A stretch of 64,000 bases of DNA, taken from Kondoa subrosea (taxonomy: Eukaryota). The stretch spans positions 3,227,136 through 3,291,135 of the forward strand of contig BCIN01000001.1 in the NCBI GenBank assembly GCA_039545335.1, written 5' to 3'. The notes under the pieces were generated by a model. The model did not search any database, was not told the DNA's origin, and worked only from the letters and a program-made list of their open reading frames with translations. Shown here piece after piece: positions 26,232-43,090 of this stretch; positions within the stretch are counted from its first letter, which is position 1, and every line of letters starts with the position of its first letter. Position numbers and translations under genes: made by a program.

Positions 26232-29200
26232 ATGAGTGCCATAAAGCGTAAACGCTCAGCTAGGATTGCCAGCCAAGATCCAGTTCAAGAGGAAGTTGCT
26301 ATCAAACGAAGTAAGGGCTGCTGTCTGTTCAAATATCTGTCTCTTGTTCTGATGTATGTGTATGTGTTGCTAGCTACTACGAAACCTTCAACGCCCAAGA
26401 CAGCTAAAAGAGCAACTTCACACAAACCTGTTCAAACACCTCGTACCAATAATAGCAAGAAAGCAAAGACTCCTTCTCAAAGAACACCACCAGCTACAGC
26501 TACCAAAGCTACTACAGTCTTACCTATACCTGTACTAGAACCAGATAGTTCTGCGGATGATGAATTGCTTCTTGTTGGACCTTCTGAGCTGTTCAGATCA
26601 GTACCGAGATCTACAAATACTACTACTGCTAGAAAGAGGAGAAGAGTCGAGGTTGAACAACGATGTGGGAGTGTGGCTTCTACTTTGAGGAAAGTTAGAT
26701 GGTCTCGATTAGGGGAAATGACCAAAGAAGAGTCGGAAGAAGTACCTGAAGATACTTTTGCTTTCAACAAGCATACTTCGAAACCTGTGTCCATGTTGAA
26801 TCATAAAGGCAAGCAGAATGAAGTCGAACAAGAACAGGATAGTGCTAGACCTGCTTCGATCGAACCTGTCCAGCAAGAGGAAGAAGAAGGCAATGCCAAC
26901 GACGGAGATTTCTCTTTCGCCCCTTTGGATGAAAGTGTTCAATGGCAAGAGGATGATTTGCCTGTTCAAGAAGTAGCGGAAGATGAATTACCTCCTCCGC
27001 TAGATCTGGGCACGCAGAAAGAACAACCTAGAATTTATGATTTCAGCAATGGAGATGCTGATGATCCTTCGTCTGATGATGAGCAAGAAGTAGTACAAGC
27101 GCAGACAGTCGAAGATGCAGCTGTTCAAGATTCCAAAACCTCGCCAAAAGCACAGCGCGCTACTTCTTCCCCTATTTCACCCATGCTTGATATTGAAGAT
27201 ATACCGGAGACTGAAGATCAACCGTCATTCTTTGCTTCAGATTCGATAGAAGATGTTTCGCAACCTATTCTGCAGAATGATTTGCAGCAATACCCTTCGC
27301 CCAGGGTAGAAGAAGTGCCTGATGAAGCGGGAATTGATCCATCAGTCATTTCACCAATGGTTCAGCGGAGTGAAGAGCAATTCGAAGATGCTGGAATGTC
27401 TCAAGATACGATCATTGAATCCGAATCATCTTCGCCTGTTCGGCCTCCGCATGCGGAAGCTTCTCATTCTCTCTCCTCAGACATCTCTACTTCTGAACCC
27501 CCAAATGTGCAAGTGGACTCGACCGCGCAATCTGCTTACCAGGTAGAAACTTTCACCTTTGAAACAACGACTACTACTACTACTCAGGTTGTGTACGAAA
27601 GTCAACCGCCATTGGAATCCGTCATGCTTCCTACGTCCTCCAGATCTGCTTCCAAATCGCGAAGTACCACTCCTTTCCTTGATCAGCTCAACTCAGCTTC
27701 ACCAGATTCACCTTACCTCTCAGCTGAACCTTCTCCTTTTAGACGCAATTCAGATCTGGAGGTCACTCTTGCTCCAGCTGCCGCAATTCCAAGATTGAAA
27801 TCCGTCAGTCCTGTACCTCATCGTTCTCCCTCACCTTTCAGTCCCACACCGCCAGAGCCAATCGCTTCAACCAGCCAATTGCCGTCTTTCGACGAAGCTG
27901 AAATTGATCTACTACCTGAAGAGCAGGGCGATATCTCACCTGATTCAGCTTCGCAAATTACCGCTAATCCGGAAGCCGCCATTCCAGCGCAAAAACCCTT
28001 CACTTTCTTGTCGCCTATGCAAGAGATCCCTTCCACTTCTGCTCGACAACGTACACCTGAACCCGTTCAACCGATTCTACGAACTCACACAACGCTAACG
28101 AGTCCTTTTAAATCGCCCAGAAAATCCGCAAGTGAATTACAAGCTATGTTATCCAAATTGAGGTCACCTATCGCTCCTGGTTCGTTCTCTGGATTATCAG
28201 TTACTTTGGAGAATAGAGTTCGTCAGCAGTCTATACAGCAGGAAGAAGTGCAGCCTGAGAAAGCAGCGGAGATTGGATTGGAGAATAATTTTAGGCCAAC
28301 GTCTTCGCCTGAACAGCCGCCAGCACGGGATCAAAGTGTCGAGCAAGATCCTGCAACAGAGAAGGAATTCGAGGAGCCTGGCACTCAATGTTCTGCGATA
28401 TCTATGCACAGGAAGACTCCATCACTCCAAGTCGCTTCGCCAAAGCGCAATATACTTCCAGCTCGCTCCTCTTTATACTCACCATTTCAGCTGCGCAAAT
28501 CTCCTCAAGCTGCGGTTACAGACTTGCCTGAAGCAGGGCCATCTCATACTTCGACACCTCAATCCCGTACTCCTCAGCCTTCTGCAACTCGTATTGATAG
28601 CCCAGCACAACCTGAGATCCCTCAATCACCTGCACCTGTTACACCTCCGACTCGCTTTACCTTTGGTTCATTGGAAGACTCAGCCGGATCAAACAGCACT
28701 ATCGATTCAGATGCTCAAACACCAGAAAATGGCTCTCTGTCCAGATCTACACGTCAATTAATCTATGATATCGTCTCTTCGCCTTCCGCGGGAATCATGT
28801 CATCACCTCAGTCCTCCGTAAATCTCAATCTGGCTCATCTTCGCATGCAATCCTCAACAAGATCAGAAAGAGTTGCTCAACCATCACCTTTGTCGCAAGC
28901 GAAGAGCAACAAGTTTACCAGATATGAATCACCTAGCGATAGAAGATCGAAAGTTACTGAAACGGATATCAGGTTGCACGATCCTGACGCTTCGGATGAA
29001 GAGGAAGCAATTGGAGGCACGTTGAAGATGCGAGCTGGGACGCCTATAAGGGCAGAAGAGAAGAAAACTAGTCCTTCTCCCAAATTACCCAAAAGGCGGA
29101 AAGTGGTTGAAAAGGAAGTTACATCAGATCCTCCTGTAGCTTTGGTCGACGAAGAAGAGCAAGAGGAAGATGATTTGACAGAGGAGCATTCTACTACTCT

Positions 29201-30399
29201 ACATGGTACGGTATCGCTAGGCTGCGCAATGCGAAGTAGCTAATGGGCACACAACAAACAGATGAAATAATTTCTGCTGAATTGGATGATCCATCAGTCA
29301 CCAATTCGCCCGGCCTGCCGCATCATCACGATACTCGACCTCTGTCAGAAAGTCCAACTGAACACCGTGCAATATCTCACGCGGCTGTTCCACGTGAAAA
29401 ACCTTCCTCTCATCCTCCTCGACTATTAGAAACGGTTTCACCTAGAACTCTTGATAAAGAATGGTCAAAGACGGCTCTTGCTCCTGGGACAGTCGCAGCC
29501 CGAACCAAAGCTTTTGAAGAGACAATTGCAGCTTCAACCTCACCTCCGTCCAGTCTCTCCCACATTTCTCCTCGACCAGCCAAAGTGGACTTGCCCAAAA
29601 GAATTCGAGCAAGAACGGAAAGTATAGATATCAAGCCTTCCTCAAATCTTCTACAAGTAGTACGGCAACATCGAAAGAGTCGTTCTCATTCTCATAGCGC
29701 TGATCTGACGCATCTGTTCGAGAATTCAAGAGACAAGACCGAAGCTGTAGTAGAGATCAGAAGTTCAGATCCGAAAGCTGCAGCAAGAGTAGCAGCTATT
29801 CTCAAAGTCCACCACGATTTTGTGGCTCAAGAACCAGCAGCCATAGCAAGTCGACATGATCATTACCGAGCGGAATCGCCAGCGCTAGATGGTCTACTTC
29901 GAGAGGCTGAAGTGTCTGTCATCTCTGAAGTGGACCAACTTTCGTTGTCGAGAATGAGAAACTCGCGCTCCCCTCGTCCTTCGATCATTCCACCTCATCC
30001 TGTCAGAAATTTCAATGAATGGTCCAAATCAGATTGGAGGAAACTTGAAAGTATATTGAAAGATGCTCAGAGACAGGCTTACGAGGAAGCTGTGGATCAG
30101 CCAACTGTGGAGAGTGTAGTCGATGACTTTATCGAAAGTGAGAACCTGGAAGATCAGGATCTTGTTGGTCACTGGCAAAGGTGCGCTTGCTGTTCAAATG
30201 TTCTGCATTCGACTTATGTCCAAGGTCCAGAGCCAAGCTTGAATTTCGTGTTCAAGCTCTACTCAAGACTCGTTGCCAGCCTCGACTTCTTGCATTCCTG
30301 GATTCGCCTTCTGGCTCGCCTGTCCCTTCTCATCACTCTCGCGCTTCTTCTGTTGCCTTTTCAGCGTATGATGGACCGGAAACCGTTAAGCGCGACTGA
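26232..30399 (+). CDS. Large Ser/Pro/Glu-rich, mostly disordered hypothetical protein (~1300 aa)
   Basis: ORFs 26232-29243 and 29243-30409 joined by short introns. Basic NLS-like N-terminus. Compact C-terminal motifs VVEIRSSDPKAAARVAAILK and WSKSDWRKLE. Confidence 0.75.
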
Positions 30400-30601
30400 C
30401 GAAAAGTGACGTGAATTATATGTATTTGTATATCTGGGTTTCTGTGAATATTTATTGAGGGTAACTAGATGAACTATACGATCACGACTTTGTACGATGC
30501 CTTTACTGGGTGGTTAATAAGTTAATGCTTTTACGGCACTACTTCCTCTTGTTATTCTTCATTATCCCACGCAATCTAGATCGAATCTTCACCTCCGTGC
30601 A

Positions 30602-32689
30602 CTACAAAGCAGTCAGCAATGTCGTAAGTAGATTGTCCCTAGTAAGGAACTCACCACAAAGGTCCGCGAAGTGTATGATTTGCGCGAGCCATATTTCCAT
30701 TGACGGCAGACCTGCGCGAATACGTGAGCATACGCAGCAAATGACAGAGTGCCAATCAACCATGATAGTGTATTGAATCTGTGCTAGACAGATACATAGG
30801 CAAAGTAGTCGCAAAGCCATCAATAACTTGAATAGGTGCTTGCGTCTTTGCGATTCGGAAGATATCTTTGGTGGCTTCTGACCAGTAGCTTAGCCTATAG
30901 CGATACATTGCTCGAGTGAGCTGAATACGACTTAACTGCAAGGAGGAAAAATCTACCTTGGATTGGTTCGCCAATCTCTTGGAGAGCTTTTGTCAGGCTT
31001 CTTTGGCGGTCTGCTCGGCGATGTCTGCAAGCAAAAGCAAATGAGGCTACACCTTGGCAATCAAAGATGAGCTTACTAGATACAGGATTTTCGAACCGGT
31101 GTTTTTGCGAAGCGCAGTAACAGCTTCTACGAAGTCCCATATCAGGTTGCAGAAATTCATACTCTTGACATTCTGCGCAGTAGGGTCCAGATAAGTCCCT
31201 TATATGTAACTACGTTGAAGCCTCTTTAACCTACCTGCGCGGCTTGATGTGCACCCTGGTCTCGATCTAAGCGACATCACGAAATCGTACTTGTAGTACA
31301 TACAGCAGTATAAACCGACACATCGCTTGAGTATGATCCGACTTCCTCCAAATAGGGATCCCAATGGAACTCGAACGTGATATTGCCAATTTTTCGCTTC
31401 TTCTGCTTGGCTTTCGAGTAAGAAGGTAGGCGACCTCTGCCCTCTATCCTTGGCCAGAGAGCATCGAAAGCATAGCGGAGATGACTGTCGCCTTGTAGTA
31501 AAATAGTTTTGGGTGTCGCAAGACAAGCTGCCCGTTTTAGTCGATCCGAAGATGACAATTCTTTTGTATTGGACAAGAGGATGTGGACATCTTCGCGAAC
31601 TCGACAGCCCAAGGGTTGCCAGCGGTAGTTGACAATAGGTGCGGCATCGAATTGATGTAAAGGTGTGGGATCAGGGAGATAAACGCCTTCTATCGTTGAG
31701 GAGGAACAGAGAGGCAGTGAGGAGACGCTCTCTGGTTGCAAGAGACTAGTCGATTTGCCTTTGTGCATGCGTGTAGGAGACTGAGAAGGTAGGAAGCTGT
31801 ATGTTGGACAGCTTGAGGAGCAGTAGCTTGAGCCGGGAAGATGTATTTCTTTAGAAGATAAGCCTTGTATTTTACCAGGCAAGAGAGGTCTGTTCAATAT
31901 TCTAGGCCAACCAGGCTATCGCATTGTAAGCTTTTGATGGAGATTGACTTTAGAACACCTCACAATTTTTCCTTCAATTGGTTCAAGAGTATATTCCAGA
32001 TCGCCGTGTGTATTCTCGCCAGGTAGTTCCCATATCTCGCTCAATCCCTCGTAATCCGTATACATATGATGTATTTGCAGCGAGAATTCTTGTTTAGAGG
32101 TCAGGTTGCCAGACATGAATGCAACAGGCTGAAACGTACGACCAGCATTTCTCAAAGGCACATGATATACATAACGACAGTCCTCGTAATGGTGAGGCAC
32201 AACAGTCGCGAAGAGCTGAGCGCCGTGGACAGAGATATGAAAGGTTTCTCTGCCTAATTGCTGCTTTGTGAAGTCATCTTCCTCCGATAGAGAAGACAAA
32301 GGCTCCGCAGGTATTGGTAGGCACCATTTCTGAGCTTTGATGACTATGTCGAAAGTGTTACAAGTTGTCGAAGCCAGCGGAGCGCAAAGTTCGACAGAGA
32401 AGTCATCATTTATGGTAGGAAGGGTAGAGCAGAGAGTGTGATTATTTGTAGCAGGCTTGTAGGCTGCTGGAGCATTGTACGGCGAAGGGCAGCCTAGACT
32501 GTCATAAATTGTCGGTGCTCGAACTTCTTCACGCCGATAGTCTGGTGCAGAATCTCCGCGGATCTCCTGTGTTAGCTGTAGATCTGCAGGGACAGCGACA
32601 GGCGAGAGCCGAGGTATCACAAGGGAATATAGTCCCAGCAAGCCGCATGCAACGAGCAATAAAGCGAAGGACGACCGATTTGCTCCCAT
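30602..32689 (-). CDS. Type II membrane SGNH/PC-esterase-like protein (Cap64/Cas3-like glycan-modifying family)
   Basis: N-terminal signal anchor, ILLQGDSHLR nucleophile motif, C-terminal TDSIH (DxxH), and Cys-rich ectodomain. Confidence 0.65.
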
Positions 32690-32802
32690 GCACGGTATGT
32701 CTTGTTCAAGGGTATGCGTTCATGGTCTATAAACAACAGCCTTCTTCGCTATCCCCTTCACATGCTGGAGAGAAAACGCCAAGAGAATTTCATTTCGACG
32801 CG

Positions 32803-34086
32803 CTAGGGTCTTGCGCGTTCACTGGAGTCTATCTGAAGTGAGTAAAAAGCTGAAAAGTGATGCCTGGAAACGGCAGGACTCATTTTAAATTCGGATACGG
32901 TCTCGTTTCCTTGCTTGTCGAAGTATCTTCCGCAAGATTTCTTGTGCTCTAGCTTCCAATCTGCAGCTAATTATCAGCCATTAACACTACCAAGGTGTAA
33001 TCAGAACAAAGTACGATCCGATTGACATCGCTTGTTGCAATAAAGACCAATTTTGCAGTAAGCGCAACGTTTCACCGACTCTTTATTGCCGAAAGTCTTC
33101 GCGCAAGAAAGACATACATACAATTCAGGCTGTCTGTTTCCCTTAACAATTTCGGCGACGGTCTTCTCCTCTGAGGAATTGGGTAAGACCATGCCGCAAA
33201 TGAGATTAAACCGTTGAGAAGCTTTCGGTCTGGTCGACAGCCCTTTGGGAAGATGATAGTCCATAGTGTAGGATATGGCAAGGAGTAAATTGACGAGATC
33301 CGGTAAGAGTTGTGTTCCAACTGCATCGGCAACATACTTGGTGATGTGCTGTTGAGGCTTTTGGGACATTGACATAAGATAGGCGGTGAGCATAGAAATA
33401 CCAAAGGAAAGGGATGGCCAGCTTGAATCTCGTAGGTCTGGAAAGTGAAAGAGGATATCCCATACTGCCGGCCTTCTTTGCCCTATCACACAAACTACCG
33501 CTAGAATACTGTGGGCATGTACAATCATCTGAGCCCACTGATCAGTATACATTTGTAGCTTGTCCATCTTGAGATCAGAGGGGATGTGATACCAGATGAG
33601 CTCTTTGAGACTCATGAGAGACAAACGAACGTATTCGACAAGCTGACTTTCTGGGAAGTGCCGGAGCTCCATCGTATCCATACCAATCAGCGAAAGATAG
33701 CTGATGGCAGCGCAAAGATCCATGCGCTTGTCGAATGAGGGAGCCAGTCTGATCCTATCCAACATAGACCAGCAATGCTGCATCAATAACGCGTAAGATT
33801 TACAGTCGGCCAGGATTAGGTGAATGAGGAGGTTGTATTCCGCTCTCAAGTCGCAATCCGTTGATTTGTATACCAGAATGTGACCACAAAGCGTCAGCAG
33901 ACCTTTCTTGTCGCCCTTTGCCATCGCATCCACTAGATAGCTTTTCCAAACTTTGCCTGACTTCAATCTCATGGACTGTTCTGCCTCGCTGCAATTGGCA
34001 ATGTAGGATGCCAGTAATTGAGCATCCAGGCGAGGAGAATTTGAGACTTGTGCAGAGTCTGCTGGTCGCGCTGCAGAGGCAGCCAT
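32803..34086 (-). CDS. MYND-type zinc finger protein
   Basis: CLSC..RCAYCKIGLYCNKRCQSD|HWKLEHKKSC. Confidence 0.85.
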
Positions 34087-34386
34087 ACATCCACAATTCA
34101 GAGAGTATAGCTGTATGAGCTTCGCAGCCTCAAAAGTCTTTGCGCGTCCAGAAGAAGATTCGATTCGTGCTATTGTTGTCTTGCAAGTGCTTGTCTAAAT
34201 AAGACACTTAGCATATAGCAGGAACACGATCAATGTACGGCCAGGGAGAAAGCTGATTCAGTCGATGACAGATTCACCACTTCGCGATTATCAAGAGAGA
34301 GCGAACGAAAATGGATCTTGAGAAAGCCTATGTTCGATTACGTAATATGGCCTAGCATGCAACTATACTGTCATACTTGCGCGCAG

Positions 34387-35825
34387 CTAGAAGTCTGCGC
34401 CTAAAGCTAGATCATCCACATCTACGGAATGTCAGCCAAAACAGATCAGAAAGTCGGACAAGCTTACTAAGCCAATCTGCACCGCTATCAATGGCAGCCC
34501 GTAAAGAAGCATCTCGAAAAACAGCAGCTCTTCCAGACATATCCCAAAAGCGAGCAGTTCTGTAAAGGACGCTCAGCTTTGTCATCATAAAGCGACTCGT
34601 TCTGACATTCCCCGTCTGTGCGCTTCGGCCACAGCTTGCTTCATATCAGCCAAAGGTCCTTTGCGCCAAGAAAAGAGCGGCTCGAAGTCGAAATCTTTCT
34701 TTATGCCACCAGAAGCCATAGGTGACCAGATCAATGAAGTATCGGTAAGAGAAAGATTCGCCAGATGTGCATCATAGAAGATATCGTGATACGGCAATGC
34801 CTTGATCTGCTCCAAAGTGCAGTAACCAGAGAAGATTGCAGTGATCGGGAATTGCTCAATGGCTGAATCGTTGCGAACTCGAGTTGCAAGATATCCTGCA
34901 TTGCGCAATTCGCTGAGCTCTTCAGCTACCGCTTGCACAAGTCTAAAATACGTCTGTGAGTGGAACTTATGAAGTGCGGTGGACCTACGTTAGATCCCAA
35001 GTCTTGATGTCGAACAGCAATTGAACCGCTTGATCGGGATTCACTTCATACAGACCGACGGGCTTCGATCGATCCCGATCGTAGTTTCTAATATCCAGCA
35101 ACCGCTTAATTGGATTCAAGTAAAGGTCTTTGAGAGTATTGGTCGATTTAAGATCCTTCTCTTTGTGTCCGACCAGAATCTGCCCTTTGACCAAAAATAC
35201 ATCTGCTTCAATGCTTGTAGCGCCAAAAGACAAGGCTTCGTACAATGGCGTTTTCCGCTCATAATCGTTATGCGAATGCTGTTCGCCGTATGAGCAAACT
35301 ACTCATTCCAGATGAATGGAATCACCGACTGACCAATCTCAGAGGAACAATGCCACGAGTCAAAGTGCCATCATCTATTTCTCTTCGGAAGGGACTGTCA
35401 GCAGCTTCTCGTCCATATAAAGCTGTTCGATGTCGTACTCTTGGCGGCAAACAAAGGAAAACTAAAATCGCGATATTGAGAGCAAGAGTGGTCGATATTA
35501 GAAGCCACTTCAAAGATCTGACCAGAAGACGACGACGACGATGCGAGGAAGAAGGCAAGTCAGCTTGAGTAGATGATCCGAAGTCGCCTTCGACCTTTTC
35601 GACTTCCGCTTGTACTGATCCATTCCTCGAGGAGGACTGCGAGACCTCAGAGGTTTGATTAGTTGCCTCTAATGCATTGATACTTTGTTGACCTGGTTGG
35701 AGGATACGAGACCGCAGACTTTGAGGGAAAGTATCTCTCACTGCTGACGACACGCCAAGCGGAGTATGCGGTGACGCAACATTTCCGGAAAATAGATGAT
35801 CTGTAGGAGTCTGTAGATAGCTCAT
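34387..35825 (-). CDS. PLC-like phosphodiesterase, AIM6-like, with one N-terminal TM helix (paralogue A)
   Basis: LHSHNDYER..LYEALSFGATSIEADV..ILVGH..LYLNP..LLFDIKT..TRFW..ADWLNVDDL. Confidence 0.85.
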
Positions 35826-35939
35826 GGCATTTCAAGAAAGAGAGCGATAGATTGAGAACGGAATAAGAGAAGTCCGCTGTAAAGAAAGGGAAAACCTTGA
35901 TCGTATGCATGGTAGATAAGAGAAAACATCGAGGGTATC

Positions 35940-37337
35940 TTATGCTGGCAGTCTATGGGTCTTGATTGCCAGATCTAGATCATCAGCGTCTGTTGAAGTA
36001 AATCAGTACGGGCTTTTGACATCTGAACAAGGAATCTCACTGAGCCAGTCCTCGCCGCAGGCGCGAGTGTTCTTCCAAGTTGCCTCAGTCAGCATTGTTG
36101 GCCATCTATAAGAAGCCCAATCAGCTTGAGGTTAATTATTTGTCAAACCAAAGGAGTTTACTTAGGAATAGACCAGAATCGCGTTGTACTATGTAGCATT
36201 AGCTTCGATCGCAATAGAATGTACAAACCTTACATTCCTCTTTTGTGTGCTTCATCCACTGCCTCTTTCATCTTCCGCAAAGGCTCTTCTCGGAATGGCA
36301 GTAGTACGCTATAATCGAATTCTTTCAGACTGGCAGAAGAAGTAGGACACCATAGAGCTGTTAAATCTTCTTTCACAATGTCGAGCATTTTTGCATCGTA
36401 GAAGATGTCCTTGTTTTCCAGAAGCTGAACAGTTGGCAAGGTAATTGCGCCACTTGCGATCTGCATGGTGGAAGAATGGCACACTTAAGAACAACATCAT
36501 GTTATTATAAGCAGTTCACTGACGACTGTTATCAGACCATTTTTGACCGAATCTCCCTCAATTCGAGACAACCAGCCTCGATTTCTGAACGCATCAAGTT
36601 CTCGTACTACAGCCTGTAGAAGACTGAATAGAAGTCAAGCAATGTTCTTATGATTCTTGACTTTAGCTCACGCCGGCTCGTTCGTCTTGAAATCGATGAT
36701 AAAATGGAGAGGATGCTTTGGCGACGCGTGAAAGACGCCTCGGGTCCTAACAAACTTTATTAGTCATCGCTGATTCCACTTTTGAAAGACTCACTCAGCT
36801 ATGTCGTTATTCACCTCGCTATTGTTATGTTCAATGATTTCGATCAAGGGATCTGAATAACGGATGCTCAGTGCAGGCACAGAACTAGCAGATTCTTGCG
36901 AATTACCGATATACATAGCCCCTAAGAGCTGACTTAGCTTCGCATGCAAGCACACCAACAGAACGCTCGACTCACTTAGATTTCGTTCTGGTGTAGTATC
37001 CCTTAGGCTGTGAGCAACCTGAGCATACCATAAATATGATACCGAGATTCCAGAAGTACAGACGAACCAAAACCTGGCCTTCGACGAGATAGACGTCTGC
37101 CTCTACAGAGCTTGCACCATGCTGAAGTGCGTCGAACAGCGGTATAGCGCGGTCATAATCATTGCTTAGAAGTATGTGAGCTACCTGCTGCCTCTCGGAG
37201 TACTTCCAACATACTGGCTATGGACTGTAATCAATTTGAAATGACCATGAATGAGGGTCTGTTCGGCTCGACAAGGGCTTACTCCGCACAGGCTCGACTC
37301 CATGTGTGATCTTGAGCTGTGCTGGAGAGAGTGGCAT
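35940..37337 (-). CDS. PLC-like phosphodiesterase, AIM6-like (paralogue B)
   Basis: IHSHNDY reconstructed via a 10-nt micro-exon at 37215-37224. Also LFDALQHGASSVEADV, IIDFKT, TRFW and DWLNADDL. Confidence 0.8.
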
Positions 37338-37609
37338 CTTCTCCTTAGGTGTTCTGGGCAATCGCAAGGCCAGCAAAGCAAAAGCCAAAGCTAGAAAAAC
37401 ACTGAGAGAAGATTGCCAGATTGGACGCAACACTGTGGGCAACAGAGCTGCGCGATGTGTCACTAATAGCAGCTCAAGACAATGCGCGAACGACTACATA
37501 CAGGACTTGGTGGACTATTCTATACAAAATTACGTAATGTCGAACCGAAACGAACATCGCTACAGTCGCTTGAGCTCGATTTTTGCCTCCCAAAATGAAA
37601 TGAGGATCA

Positions 37610-40085
<2,476 letters not shown>

Positions 40086-40445
40086 GATGCGTGCGAGATT
40101 TCAAGAAAAAGGGCTATTCGACAGAATAACGGCAAGGATAGAGCTATAGCAGTGAAGTATGAGGACACTCCGTATAGAATTAGGGAGCGTGAGTCTATAG
40201 CACGTCCTGCAAGGAATCGCAAAAGGCGGGGAAATGCAAAGCTTTCAAGAAAATAGAAGAGAGGAGAGTCTGATAGCTAGTCAGCTTGATACGCTCGGAA
40301 GGCACAGCGACACGCCGACAGCTGTGAGAGATGATGAAGGAGGACTTCGCGGTTGAGCCAAACCTTGTTGAAAATGTCATTTTGCGCTTGTCTTCAGGCG
40401 ATCACCCTAAAGCCAGAATAATACCCCTGCAAGTGGTGTATAACC

Positions 40446-42028
40446 ATGGACATTGACGATGGATCTGACTTGGATGACTTCATTGTGGATGATAACGAGC
40501 TGAATGCAAGTTCTGGAGCGAGAAAAGGCAAAGATGTAGAGCGAGGTGGGGCAGATACAAGACGAAAGAAGCATGCAGCTCAAGCGCAAGGTGGTAATGG
40601 TGACGAATATTCATGGGAGGGAGCGTTTCAGCGAAGTTGGGATGTTGTGCAGGAAGACGCTTCTGGGAGTTTGGCTGGTGTAGTGAATGAGTTTGTGGAA
40701 AAGAGCAAGCGGAGAAGATTGATGCGCGATACGGATACGATTCAAAGAGGTCTCATCAGACATCTCTACCTGGTGTTGGATCTTTCGCTAGCTATGACCG
40801 ATCGAGATTTACGACCTTCAAGATTGGAACTCTCTGTACAATATGCTCAAGAGTTCGTCAATGAGTTCTTTGATCAGAATCCTATCTCGCAATTGGGTAT
40901 TATTGGCATGAAGGACGGGATAGCCGAAAGGATCAGTCCGCTGAGCGGTTCGTCCACCTGCCATTCTCGTGTTTCTGTCTTCATGTACGTACAGGTAACT
41001 CTGTGGAGCATATCAAAGCGCTGCAAAACAAACGAAAACTTGAACCATCGGGAGAACCTAGTTTACAGAACGCGCTCGAAATGGCCAGATCCAGTTTGGC
41101 GTATGCTTCTTTGGCAGGTGTCCTCTGTATTTTCTCACACTCTATACAGTCATCTACCTTCTCACGGCTCTAGAGAAGTCCTCGTCATCTTTGGCTCATT
41201 GACGACTTGCGATCCTGGAAATATCCATAACACGGTTTCCGCTTGCATGAAAGACAAGCTGCGTATAAATATTATTGGATTATCAGCAGCTATGGCAATT
41301 TGTCAAACGATAGCAAAGCAAACAGAAGGTCCGTAGTACGGCCATGCAAATCAACATATGACTGATTAACAAGCGTTGTTTTGGACAGGCTCCTATGGTG
41401 TTGTTGTGAATGAAGCACACTTCAAAGATCTCCTCTTCGAATCCGTTCCACCACCAGCCTCATCATCATCTCACATTTCCTCATCCCCTTCCAAGTCAAC
41501 TACCGCACCGGGATCAGATCTCATGCAAATGGGTTTCCCAACCATGTTATCAAACACGCAATACCCAACTTTATGTTCCTGTCATTCGAAATTGAAATCC
41601 AACGGTTTCATCTGTCCGAGATGCAAGAGTCAAGTTTGCGAAATACCAACGGAATGCGGAATTTGTTCCTTGACTATTGTCTCGAGTCCTCATTTGGCTA
41701 GAAGTTATAGACATTTGTTCCCTGTCAAGAATTTTGTGGAAGTGGAATTGTCAGTTGCTCTTTACATCAATGTAGCTTGTTTCGGGCTAATGAGAGAAAT
41801 CAAATTGACAGACCTCTGGATCAGAATGCAGTCAAGGAATGTCATGCTTGCGCTCATGCATTCAGAGAAGTGATCCTCTCTTCCGACGGAACACAAGAAG
41901 TAAACGCAGAAGAACAAGCTTTGAGCGCAACAGGCAGATACGCTTGTCCTTCATGCAGGAAACATTTCTGTTTGGATTGCGATACTTTTATACATGACGT
42001 TTTAGCAGTTTGTCCTGGTTGTCATTAA
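40446..42028 (+). CDS. SSL1: TFIIH core subunit Ssl1/p44 (vWA + zinc finger + RING-like)
   Basis: GLIRHLYLVLDLS..DLRPSR..EFFDQNPISQLGII, SLTTCDPG, CPRCKSQVCEIPTECGIC..SPHLARSYRHLFP, and CLDCDTFIHDVLAVCPGC. Confidence 0.96.
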
Positions 42029-42146
42029 GCATTTTACTCCCCACATCGCCATTATGTTACATAGAATTTGTTGTTATAATACATTTGAGAAGTCTAAAAT
42101 AGCATAGAATCCTTGTTCTGCTCGACTTTCAGCCCATTGGAACCAT

Positions 42147-43047
42147 CTAAAGTCTTGGTTTGCTCGTTAGCGAACTTGTCTGCTTTTGTGGGAGTTGAGC
42201 AATAGCACGTTTTCGAGCAGCTACGTAAGCTCGAAGTTCATCTCGGAAACTAATCGTACAACGTTAGGTAATGAGATAAAGAACGAGATGAGACCATACG
42301 CTACAATTCCAGCAGAAAGAGAACCAGTTTCACGAATGTTGCTGAATAATCTGTGTCGAAAAATGTTGATGCATCAGGAACAAGCCTGATAGAGACATCA
42401 TTTTATCGCACCTGAAAGCTGCATATAGCGATACTAGCCAACCGGTGACCATTAATCCAAGTAAAGCAGCACCAGAAAGAGTAGCAAGCAGAACCAAAGT
42501 AGCTCTGTGTGCGTGCGCGATATGCAAATCAGGGCAAAGCTGAACTGAGCATCGCGAGACACACCCTCCAACGATGATAGAGAACCAGAACAGTACAAAG
42601 GCAAGGGAAGAACCCAACAGAGCCAGAGTAACGAAAGTAGCGAAACCGGTAAAGACCAGTAAAGGCATTAGAGCGAGAAAGAAGAAGATAGTAGAGAAGG
42701 TAGTTGCAATGGGAAAAGATTGGAAAGAGTGAATGTACTGCATCTTGAGCGGTTGTAGAACTGCACAGTCAGTCATCCTTACGTCAGATTTCGTTCAACC
42801 GTGCATGAGAAGACTAGCCTTTGTCATTCGCGCTGTCAAAAGATCAGATGGGATCCATTGCGTGAATAGAGCACATACTCATTTGATTTGCTGTAAAGGT
42901 AGACTTTCGCATCTTTCGAATTGCATAATCAGCCTTCGCGTCAAGACAACCCCGTAAGGACTGACTAGCAATCTCTTGAGACAAGTCTCTACCACCATTC
43001 TGCTGCTGCGTGTAAGTGGCTAAGCCAGTCTTCTCTTCGAAGGACAT
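42147..43047 (-). CDS. Promethin/LDAF1-like hydrophobic hairpin (lipid droplet) protein
   Basis: Short exons join in frame from MSFEEKTG to an ~80-residue uninterrupted hydrophobic stretch (FFFLALMPLLVFTGF...). 3' end uncertain. Confidence 0.6.
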
Positions 43048-43090
43048 CTTTTGGATGTTGGAGAGCAACGTCCAGATAATAGTATACCTT

